A DNA stretch of 32,000 nt from Desulfotalea psychrophila LSv54 (lineage in GTDB: Bacteria > Desulfobacterota > Desulfobulbia > Desulfobulbales > Desulfocapsaceae): assembly GCF_000025945.1 (NCBI RefSeq), contig NC_006138.1, forward strand, positions 510,001 to 542,000, given 5' to 3'. The notes under the pieces are model-generated. The model was not told the origin of the DNA. It did not search any database and saw nothing but the letters and a program-made list of their open reading frames with translations. Within the stretch, counting starts at the first letter, position 1; every line of letters begins with the position of its first letter. A program made the translations under genes and the position numbers. Shown in pieces: positions 1 to 7,277 of the stretch.

Positions 1-171
1 ATCTTTGCTGTGCACAAAATCCGTACCAAAATGTCCTTTGGAACAGAGAGAGCCATTATTTACCGCCCTCACTCTGTTTGGGCTAACCCCGGTAATAGTA
101 TTATTCTCTACTTCTAAAAAAAATGTGCACCCTGAGCCACAGTAAGGACAGGTTGTCAGTGTTTTTTGCAT
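1..171 (-). CDS. Molybdopterin-dependent oxidoreductase / formate dehydrogenase alpha-like, N-terminal fragment (gene continues past the window start)
   Basis: Reverse-strand ATG at 171-169, with 57 codons open to the window edge. Translation: MQKTLTTCPYCGSGCTFFLEVENNTITGVSPNRVRAVNNGSLCSKGHFGTDFVHSKD. The CxxCxxxC...C spacing is typical of the 4Fe-4S Mo/W bis-MGD N-terminal domain of FdhF-type enzymes. Too short for the ORF track. Confidence 0.7.
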   Translation of the reverse strand, partial: MQKTLTTCPYCGSGCTFFLEVENNTITGVSPNRVRAVNNGSLCSKGHFGTDFVHSKD

Positions 172-242
172 CTCGATTGGCCAGTGGTATATATGAGTAT
201 ATCTAAAACTGTGCACAAAACATGCACAGACACATAAAAGTT

Positions 243-258
243 AGCATATTGCGTGCCA
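243..258 (-). promoter_or_regulatory. Sigma-54 (-24/-12) promoter candidate for the FdhF-like gene
   Basis: The reverse complement reads TGGCACGCAATATGCT. GG and GC sit at the canonical spacing of TGGCACG-N4-TTGCW, about 70 nt upstream of the ATG at 171. Confidence 0.55.
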
Positions 259-498
259 CAACGAAAAACAAAATAAATGATTGTTTTTACGAATATTTAC
301 AACCAAGACAAACCTTAGCCCGGCGACGACTGCAGACTTACCTGCATCGCCACTTGCCAATTGCAGGCAATAAATCAGATGAAGCAGAAAAGGAATTGAA
401 GGCAAAGAATGCATCGCCACTCTTTAAATCAAACTTGCTTAATAGGTGTATCAAAGTTATACATGAAGCAACTATTCACACTATTCCCTAAATGAGCT

Positions 499-2391
499 AT
501 GGCAAATATAATACCCATTGGTAGCATCCCGACAAAAGAGCAGATGCAAAGAGTTATCAGAGCATCGCATAAACGCTCAAGACAATATGGTGTTAATCAA
601 GAAACCCGTAATCTTGAGCAAAAAAGACTCTCTCCGGCAGAACTTGAAAAGAAGCAGGATGAAAACAAGGAACTGTTAGGTGCTATTGCCGCTACCATTA
701 ATGAATTTTATGACCTGATGTCTCCCGAGGAATTTCTGGTGGGTTTTGCCGATAGTGAGGGCTATATCCTCCATCTAGCTGGAGGAGACAGGGCAAGAGA
801 AACGTCAGCTGACCGTCAATTCTCCCTGGGCTACCGTTGGACGGAAAAAGATGTAGGCACCACGGCAACCAGCCTCTGCCTTCGGCTTAAAGTCTCTATT
901 CAGCTCAAGGGCAGGGATCATTACTGTAAACAGGCTCAGGGCCTCCTCAGCTCCGCAGCACCAATTTTCGGCCACCAGGGCGTTCTTCTGGGATCACTCT
1001 GCATTTTTGGCGACAAGAGCCTTATTCATCCCCACACGCTTATTATGATAACCTCGTCAGCACGCTCTATTGAGCGGCATATGAGGTTAATGCGCTGGAA
1101 TACAGAGCTGATAAGCAATGCGGGTTTTCTCGATAATGTCATAGAAGCTGCCGGAACGGGCCTACTGATAATTGACACAGACTTAATCGTTCAGAAGATC
1201 AACTATCAGGCTAAGAAAATCCTTAATGTCGATGATCTTAAGGGAAAGTCAATTTCATCCCTAAGTGGCCTCCAGCTCGATCTGGACAGCATCTTTGAAA
1301 ACCCCAGTGTATGGAAAAACAGAGAGTGCCACATCCAACATAATAAAAAAGATATTCACCTTGTCTACTCTGCCCAACCAGTACTGTCAAAGAACGACAA
1401 ACCCCTCGGGGCAGTCCTTAACATCACTAAATTTAGTAATATCAGAAAATTAATTGATAAGATCTCCGGCATTAAACCCTATTTTACCTTTGATTCCCTA
1501 ATAGGATCATCACCGGCCTTTACCAAGGCTGTTGATTTGGCAAAGCGTGCCTCTCACTCAGAGGCTACTGTACTTCTTCTGGGAGAGACAGGCACAGGCA
1601 AGGAACTATTTGCTCAGGCGATCCATAACGGCGCCAAGGGAGCGGACAAACCATTTGTGCCAATTAACTGCGGGGCTATACCCGGAGAGCTGCTTGAGAG
1701 CGAACTCTTTGGCTATGCCGAGGGTGCTTTTACCGGGGCTAAAAGAGGGGGGCGATCTGGAAAATTTATTTTGGCAAACGACGGAACCATGCTCCTCGAT
1801 GAGATTGGAGACATGCCACATGATATGCAGGTCAAGCTATTGCGCGTCCTGCAATCAAAGGTAGTCCAGCCAGTGGGGGCACGCAAGCCACTGCAAACCA
1901 ATGCAAGAATAATCGCCTCAACCCATGTTGACCTGGCAGAGGCTATGCTCCACAACCGATTCAGACGGGATCTCTACTATCGTTTGAATATACTGCAGAT
2001 TAAGATTCCTCCCCTGCGCGAAAGAGGAGAGGTAGATATCAAGGCTCTGGCCCACTATTTCCTGAGAAAAAATAATCCAGAGTTCCAATTTACTGCAGAT
2101 GCCATTGCCGGCCTGGTTGCATATCACTGGCCGGGTAATGTTCGGGAACTTGAAAACACCATCCAGCGAGCCCTGCATGTCTGCAAAGACCAAACAATAA
2201 CCGTCAAAGACCTTGGCCTTAGCAAACAAGACCTCAGCAAAAAAGCTGGCTTTCAAGGTACTTTGCTCGATATGGAAAAGAAGGTTATCGCTGAGACATT
2301 ACGTGAAACAAAATCTAATATGGCCGAGGCAGCGAGAAGACTGGGTATTTCGCGGGCAACACTTTACCGCAAGGTAAAACAGTTCTCCTAG
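499..2391 (+). CDS. Sigma-54-dependent Fis-family transcriptional activator (bEBP) with an AcoR-like N-terminal sensor region
   Basis: 630 aa. AAA+ sigma-54 interaction motifs are present: GETGTGKE (Walker A), ESELFGY and GAFTGA. The C-terminal Fis-type HTH reads AEAARRLGISRATLYRKVKQF. The N-terminus (QRVIRASHKRSRQYGV...) resembles AcoR-type sensor domains. Confidence 0.9.
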   Translation: MANIIPIGSIPTKEQMQRVIRASHKRSRQYGVNQETRNLEQKRLSPAELEKKQDENKELLGAIAATINEFYDLMSPEEFLVGFADSEGYILHLAGGDRARETSADRQFSLGYRWTEKDVGTTATSLCLRLKVSIQLKGRDHYCKQAQGLLSSAAPIFGHQGVLLGSLCIFGDKSLIHPHTLIMITSSARSIERHMRLMRWNTELISNAGFLDNVIEAAGTGLLIIDTDLIVQKINYQAKKILNVDDLKGKSISSLSGLQLDLDSIFENPSVWKNRECHIQHNKKDIHLVYSAQPVLSKNDKPLGAVLNITKFSNIRKLIDKISGIKPYFTFDSLIGSSPAFTKAVDLAKRASHSEATVLLLGETGTGKELFAQAIHNGAKGADKPFVPINCGAIPGELLESELFGYAEGAFTGAKRGGRSGKFILANDGTMLLDEIGDMPHDMQVKLLRVLQSKVVQPVGARKPLQTNARIIASTHVDLAEAMLHNRFRRDLYYRLNILQIKIPPLRERGEVDIKALAHYFLRKNNPEFQFTADAIAGLVAYHWPGNVRELENTIQRALHVCKDQTITVKDLGLSKQDLSKKAGFQGTLLDMEKKVIAETLRETKSNMAEAARRLGISRATLYRKVKQFS

Positions 2392-2440
2392 GCCCACCCC
2401 TGCAATCCCCCTATCATAGCAGAGAATGCCCAGCCTACTA

Positions 2441-2473
2441 CCCCAGCTACCTCTCATCAAGAAGTAGCCGGGG
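2441..2473. terminator. Hairpin H1 downstream of dctP-A, between convergent genes
   Basis: ccccagctac-N13-gtagccgggg forms a 10-bp stem with one G-U on the reverse-strand RNA. There is no clear U-tract. Homologous hairpins follow the other two dctP copies. Confidence 0.4.
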
Positions 2474-2491
2474 CAAGCGTGGGATTACCGC

Positions 2492-3490
2492 TTACTTGCT
2501 AACCTTATCGAGAACACTCTGTCCCCACTCTTTACCTACATCGTTAAGAATTACAGGCCAAACTGTAGTCTTTGCCTTCTTGGAAATAGCTCCAATCTCA
2601 GCATCGGTGATTGGAAGAATTACTGCACCGTAATCGGCAAGTTTCTTCTCGTTGGCTGCCTGATCTGCCTCAGCAACAGCCCAGCGTCGATCCTCAAATT
2701 TGCTTGCAGCATCCTGCACCTGCGCCTGTTCCTCGGCAGAGAGTTTATCAAAATCCTTCTGACTCATGATCAGGTACCACACCTCAAAATGGGTATTTGC
2801 AGGAAGATAATATTTGGTAACATCTCTAAATGAAGAGTAATAGCCCTCGGCCCCTGAACCAATTACACCATCAACAACACCAGTCTGGACAGCGGTGAAG
2901 GCATCGGAAAATGGAATTGGGGTACCAAGATAACCTGTCTCATCGGCAAGCAATTGGAAGGTCTTCATCGGTGGAACACGAAGCTTGAGCCCCTTAGGCG
3001 CATCTGGATTACCGTAGTTCTTCACCTCTTTATTAAAGGAGATACCACCAAAGTATACAGGCCAGGCAGCAAGCATATGAATGTTCTGCTCAGCATAGAG
3101 GCCTTCAACAACCTTACGCAGAGGTGCGCCTGCACCATAATTAGCCTGTGCCTGCTGCCAGTTCTCTACAATATAAGGGAAATAGATAAGTTGAAATCTC
3201 TTATCCGCTGCAGTAGATGGTGGCTGACAGGCAAAGGAGATCGCGCCAAGGCTGACTCGCTCCTGAACGATGGTGTAATCGCCCAGGGCACTGGCAGGAT
3301 AGATCTTTGTCTTTAACTTGCCACCGGAAGCCTCTTTCAAGGTATCTGAAAACCAATGCAAATCCTTATCAATTGCTGTTCCCTGGGGTCTTACGTGCGA
3401 AATCTTCATGGTTTTCGCCTGCACACTTCCTGCCAGCAGAGAGACACCAGCTAACAGAACGAGAGCACCGGTAATAAAACTTTTCTTCAT
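2492..3490 (-). CDS. TRAP transporter substrate-binding protein, DctP family (copy A)
   Basis: 332 aa with a signal peptide (MKKSFITGALVLLAGVSLLAGSVQA) and AAGGAG 7 nt upstream of the ATG. Paralogous to 6252-7250 and 13012-14010. Lies directly downstream of dctQ and dctM. Confidence 0.9.
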   Translation of the reverse strand: MKKSFITGALVLLAGVSLLAGSVQAKTMKISHVRPQGTAIDKDLHWFSDTLKEASGGKLKTKIYPASALGDYTIVQERVSLGAISFACQPPSTAADKRFQLIYFPYIVENWQQAQANYGAGAPLRKVVEGLYAEQNIHMLAAWPVYFGGISFNKEVKNYGNPDAPKGLKLRVPPMKTFQLLADETGYLGTPIPFSDAFTAVQTGVVDGVIGSGAEGYYSSFRDVTKYYLPANTHFEVWYLIMSQKDFDKLSAEEQAQVQDAASKFEDRRWAVAEADQAANEKKLADYGAVILPITDAEIGAISKKAKTTVWPVILNDVGKEWGQSVLDKVSK

Positions 3491-3517
3491 TTCTTACTCC
3501 TTAGAGAGATTTTTTAA

Positions 3518-4822
3518 TTAATAGCCGAAGAGTCTTGGAAAAAAGAGAGACAAATCTGGCCACAGGGAGGTCAAAAAGACTACCGGCACATAGGCAAAGA
3601 GAAGCAATACCATTGCCGGTCTAATAACTTCAGAAAACTGCCCCTTGCCTATTCGATCCCAAGGTAGAGGATAGATGCATAGGGTGGGGTTACCCCGCCC
3701 CATTCCCGTATTCACGCCCATGATCGCGGCAAACTGAACAGGAGAAACACCAATCGCCTCCATCAGGGGAAGGAGAAGGGGGGCTATAAGAATGATTGCT
3801 GTAATATCATTAACAATCATGCCAACGAAAAAGAGGAGAAAGTTGATGAGGATTAACAGTAAAACCTTATTTTCGGTGATAGAAAAAATTCCCGATACCA
3901 GGGCCTGAGGCACATCTTCCATAACAAAGATCTGACTGAGCATAAGACTGAAGACAATCATGATCATAATGGCACCAACAGCGGTGGCAGAACTCTTGGC
4001 AGCCTTGAGGAATGTCTCGACAGTCAAACCCTTATAAATCAAAAAGCCAACGGGAATAGCATAGATCACCGCAACAGCCGCGGCCTCGGTGGGAGTCATA
4101 ATGCCACCGTAGATACCACCAAGAATAATAAGTGGCATCATCAGGGCGGGAATTGCCCGGGATGTACAGCTGATACCTTCCTTAATAATCTCTTTTTTGG
4201 TAGCGGGAGGCTCAAGCTCCAGGGGAAAACTTCTGGCCATATACAGATTCACTGCTGAGAGAAGAACGGTAATGGCAATGCCTGGTCCCAGGGTTGCCAG
4301 GAAACAGGCAAGAATTGAGGTATCCGTTACCCAACCATAGATGATCATGGTAACACTGGGCGGGATGAGCAGACCAAGAACAGAGGAGTTTGAAACAAGG
4401 GCTGTGGCATATCCACGGGGGTAACCCTTGGCGGCCATGGCTGGAATCAACAGAGGACCCGTTGCCGCAACACCGGTCAGGCCACTTCCGGAAATTGCCC
4501 CAATAATAGCACAACTCACCGAGGCAACCACCCCAAGTCCACCCCGTATTCTACCTACAAATATATTTACAAAATCCAGCAAGCTGGCCGCAATACCACT
4601 CTCACTCATGATGGTACCAGCAAAGACAAAGAGAGGTATGCAGAGAAGAACTGGATTAGAAAGCTGTGAAAAGCCCCAGACCATGGTGCCTTCCATGGGA
4701 ATATCACCCAGGATAACCATGGACATCAGGGCACCACCAAAACAGTATGGTAGCGGAACGCCAAAACTGAGCAGGACCACAAGTGCGGCGAGGGCAATAA
4801 GAGAAATTGCTATGATTTCCAT
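3518..4822 (-). CDS. TRAP transporter large permease, DctM family (copy A), with an internal compensated frameshift
   Basis: 434 aa, polytopic and hydrophobic. Almost identical to copy B, except residues encoded at about 3652-3701 read GRGNPTLCIYPLPWD where copy B reads GGVTPPYASILYLGI. Confidence 0.85.
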   Translation of the reverse strand: MEIIAISLIALAALVVLLSFGVPLPYCFGGALMSMVILGDIPMEGTMVWGFSQLSNPVLLCIPLFVFAGTIMSESGIAASLLDFVNIFVGRIRGGLGVVASVSCAIIGAISGSGLTGVAATGPLLIPAMAAKGYPRGYATALVSNSSVLGLLIPPSVTMIIYGWVTDTSILACFLATLGPGIAITVLLSAVNLYMARSFPLELEPPATKKEIIKEGISCTSRAIPALMMPLIILGGIYGGIMTPTEAAAVAVIYAIPVGFLIYKGLTVETFLKAAKSSATAVGAIMIMIVFSLMLSQIFVMEDVPQALVSGIFSITENKVLLLILINFLLFFVGMIVNDITAIILIAPLLLPLMEAIGVSPVQFAAIMGVNTGMGRGNPTLCIYPLPWDRIGKGQFSEVIRPAMVLLLFAYVPVVFLTSLWPDLSLFFPRLFGY

Positions 4823-4826
4823 AATA

Positions 4827-5309
4827 CTAGGACTCCTTGGTGGGCTGCTGAAGAGCTATTAACTGTTTTGCATGTTTATACAGATAGCCCCCACAGTAGA
4901 CCGTCATAAGGGCAAGACCGATGAAGAGGGCACATTCAGCCCAAAACGTTGGTATGTACAGGGTAGGGCTTGATTTCCATACGCGCTTTGCATATACGAA
5001 ATAATCCCAGGCCCAGTAGGTGAGCCAGGAAGAAACTATGACGGAGGCAAGGTCCGCAATAACCCGAACAATCAATCGTGCTTTATCTGTCTTCAAAAAA
5101 ATATCAAGAACGTTTGCCTTGATCTGGCTATCCTCTCTTGCAGCATTAACAGCTCCCAAGATATAGAGCCACAGAGTGGGATAGACAAGCATCTCATCAA
5201 GTCCCATGCTGGGGAGTTCAAAAACATACCGCATCAGCACCTGATAAAATTCCATTACTGCGATCGTACTGATCAGTAAAGGCAGTGCATATTTAAAGAA
5301 CCTCTCCAT
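4827..5309 (-). CDS. TRAP transporter small permease, DctQ family (copy A)
   Basis: The track ORF starts at 5357. I prefer the ATG at 5309 (MERFFKYALPLL...) because AGGAGG precedes it and it matches the copy B start. Four hydrophobic segments. The stop lies 4 nt before the dctM ATG. Confidence 0.85.
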   Translation of the reverse strand: MERFFKYALPLLISTIAVMEFYQVLMRYVFELPSMGLDEMLVYPTLWLYILGAVNAAREDSQIKANVLDIFLKTDKARLIVRVIADLASVIVSSWLTYWAWDYFVYAKRVWKSSPTLYIPTFWAECALFIGLALMTVYCGGYLYKHAKQLIALQQPTKES

Positions 5310-5385
5310 CCTCTCCTCCTTTAAGCAAAATGATTTCAAGCAAAAGATAAAATCCATCTCTTCATTGAATTTTTTTAGGCAATAC

Positions 5386-5466
5386 CTATCTCACTACTGC
5401 AACTACTGAGATCTCAACAGGCAAATCTAGACAGGCCGTTCTGGCTTCAACACAGGTACGGGCAGG
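5386..5466 (-). pseudogene. Relic of the last 26 codons plus stop of the RidA-family gene (deletion scar in unit A)
   Basis: The reverse strand translates to PARTCVEARTACLDLPVEISVVAVVR*. The intact copy at 9147-9227 reads [26 protein letters not shown]. Nucleotide homology stops abruptly at 5466. Confidence 0.7.
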
Positions 5467-5561
5467 AAGAGGAGGATGATTTCGGTGAGTGATGCTACCT
5501 ACCATATCCGCTACCCTGCCAATCTGGCCATCGAGCTACAGCCTTATTATAAATTATAATA
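5467..5561 (-). pseudogene. Degenerate remnant of the 5' end of the FAD-dependent oxidoreductase gene (unit A)
   Basis: Patchy similarity by eye (ctgccaa..ggcca..tcgagc..tacagcc..ttattata) to 12271-12350 of unit B. From 5562 the sequence ttgctcatcccc... aligns cleanly with the unit B 5' UTR (12359 onward). The left boundary is uncertain. Confidence 0.35.
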
Positions 5562-5637
5562 TTGCTCATCCCCACGAGTCTAAACACCTATTGTCAGGGA
5601 AAAATCAATCTCAGGCAATCTCTATATATACCTAATA

Positions 5638-5653
5638 TGCTAATATCATGCCA
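5638..5653 (-). promoter_or_regulatory. Sigma-54 promoter of unit A
   Basis: The reverse complement is TGGCATGATATTAGCA, with GG/GC at canonical -24/-12 spacing. Positional homologue of the unit B and unit C promoters. Confidence 0.65.
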
Positions 5654-5828
5654 AGACAGATTAGTTTTATTTATTCTTATAATAATAACAATTTATATCT
5701 CACAGCGCAAACAAGTTAACCTATTGATATTTAATCATTATCAATGAATCATAAAAGCATTTTTGAGTTAAAGTACCCAGAACAAATAAAGCAGGAGGGG
5801 GAAAGAACGACGGCAAAACAGCCTCTCT

Positions 5829-5847
5829 ATGTTTCATTATGCAACAT
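5829..5847. promoter_or_regulatory. Upstream activator box 1, unit A (imperfect palindrome)
   Basis: atgtttcat-t-atgcaacat, one mismatch from a perfect palindrome, about 192 bp upstream of the promoter. Conserved box 2 (catgtgccattttgaga, 5914-5930) starts 76 bp beyond the palindrome centre. Confidence 0.5.
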
Positions 5848-6206
5848 GCTCTCTGCAATTCTGCACGTTTCCTTAGAGTGCTTAGTCCTGGAGAGGGGTG
5901 TCACAAAGTAGTACATGTGCCATTTTGAGAAAAAAAGAGTGGCACAGAGGAGAGGGTAGTAAATCTCAAATTTATAAAACCAGATATCCCTAGATCTCAA
6001 AATTCAACAATTTACAAAGACATAATGGTAAAGCCAAAAGCACAAGGAGGCCGAAGACGCTATTTCAACAAGAGGGAGGCAATGATCGTTAAGAATATAT
6101 AAGCCACTCTTCACAATCAAACAAAAAGAGGGGCAAAGCTACAGAGGTAAATTTTCTACGGAGACAGATATTGGAAAGACACATTTCGTGAGGAAGGGGG
6201 GGGGAA

Positions 6207-6238
6207 CCCCGGCCACCTCCTAACAAGAGGCAACCGGG
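6207..6238. terminator. Hairpin H2 downstream of dctP-B
   Basis: In ccccggccacctcctaacaagaggcaaccggg, cccgg pairs with ccggg and cctc with gagg, leaving an interior loop. Homologous to H1, H3 and H4. No U-tract. Confidence 0.35.
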
Positions 6239-6251
6239 AATCTAAACATGA

Positions 6252-7250
6252 TTATTTACGAATACTATCAAGAACGCCTTGTCCCCACGCCTCTCCTACA
6301 TCACCGAGAACTACAGGCCAAACAGCAGCCTTTGCCTTATTGGAAAGCGCCGTAATTTCCGCTTCACTGATTGGGAGAATTGTTGCACCGTAATCGGCAA
6401 GTCGCTTTTCATTGGCTGCCTGATCTGCCTCAGCAACAGCCCAACGTCGTTCCTCAAATTGAGTTGCAACATCCTGCAGTTGTTTTTTCTCCTCAGCAGA
6501 GAATTTATCAAATTGTTTCTGGCTGACAATCAGATACCAAACCTCAAAATGAGTATTTGCGGGAAGATAATATTTGGTAACATCTTTAAATGAAGAGTAG
6601 TAGCCTTCGGCCCCTGAACCAATTACACCATCAACAACACCAGTCTGCACGGCAGTAAAGGCATCGGAAAATGGGATAGGAGTGCCAAGGTAACCGCTGG
6701 TGTCTGCCAAAAGTTGGAGGGTTTTCATTGGTGGCACACGAAGCTTGAGCCCCTTAGCTACATCCGGATTACCGTAATCCTTCACCTCTTTATTAAAGGA
6801 AATGCCACCAAAGTATACAGGCCAGGCGGCGATCATATGAATGTCCTGCTCAGCATAGAGGCCTTCAACAACCTTACGCAGAGGGGCGCCTGGAGAGTAA
6901 TTATCCCGAGCCTGCTTCCAATTTTCTACCAGATAAGGGAAGTAGAGAATCTGGAATCTCTTATCCACGGCAGGAGATGGTGGTTGGCAGGCAAAGGAGA
7001 TCGCGCCAAGACTCACTCGCTCCTGAACGATGGTGTAATCGCCAAGGGCACTGGCAGGATAGATCTTCGACTTCAACTTGCCACCGGAGGCCTCTTTCAG
7101 GCTGTCTGAAAACCAGTGCAGATCCTTATCAATTGCTGTTCCCTGGGGTCTTACATGGGAAATTTTCATGCTTCTGGCCTGGACACTTCCTACCAGCAAA
7201 GAGACACCGGCAAAGAGAACCAATGCTCCAGTAATAAAACGTTTCTTCAT
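6252..7250 (-). CDS. TRAP transporter substrate-binding protein, DctP family (copy B)
   Basis: 332 aa with a signal peptide and AAGGAG upstream of the ATG. Last gene of the complete operon. Confidence 0.92.
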   Translation of the reverse strand: MKKRFITGALVLFAGVSLLVGSVQARSMKISHVRPQGTAIDKDLHWFSDSLKEASGGKLKSKIYPASALGDYTIVQERVSLGAISFACQPPSPAVDKRFQILYFPYLVENWKQARDNYSPGAPLRKVVEGLYAEQDIHMIAAWPVYFGGISFNKEVKDYGNPDVAKGLKLRVPPMKTLQLLADTSGYLGTPIPFSDAFTAVQTGVVDGVIGSGAEGYYSSFKDVTKYYLPANTHFEVWYLIVSQKQFDKFSAEEKKQLQDVATQFEERRWAVAEADQAANEKRLADYGATILPISEAEITALSNKAKAAVWPVVLGDVGEAWGQGVLDSIRK

Positions 7251-7277
7251 ATCTTACTCCTTAGAGTGAATTTTTAA

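Larger units (their letters stand above)
2441..6206 (-). repeat. Tandem repeat unit A (truncated copy of the ancestral operon)
   Basis: Bounded by homologous hairpins H1 (2441-2473) and H2 (6207-6238). Contains dctP, dctM, dctQ, a RidA tail scar, the 5' UTR, a sigma-54 promoter and upstream boxes, all collinear with unit B. Confidence 0.8.

Noticed and set aside
8-220. Identical 12-mer ctgtgcacaaaa at 8-19 and 209-220
   Set aside because: One copy lies inside the coding sequence. A few exact 12-mer repeats are expected by chance in 32 kb, so there is no supporting context.
222-491. 89-aa + strand ORF in the intergenic region upstream of the activator gene
   Set aside because: It has no SD and a Lys/Arg-rich, low-complexity sequence. 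It overlaps the reverse-strand sigma-54 promoter and the repeated 12-mers, so I treat it as non-coding regulatory DNA.
2954-3316. Antisense ORFs inside the TRAP genes that recur in every copy (2954-3316, 6714-7109, 13474-13869; 4428-4862, 8188-8622; 4212-4514, 7972-8274)
   Set aside because: They recur only because they shadow the duplicated real genes. They have no SD, and their sequences drift wherever the sense gene changes synonymously.
5310-5357. N-terminal extensions suggested by the ORF track (5357, 8618, 9084, 9512, 11334, 18796, 19882, 20598, 24917, 31167)
   Set aside because: Most begin at TTG or GTG with no SD, overlap the upstream gene, or add residues missing from the paralogue. 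In each case an internal ATG or GTG with a good SD matches the paralogue or family N-terminus. The exception is 20598, which I kept as a separate finding.
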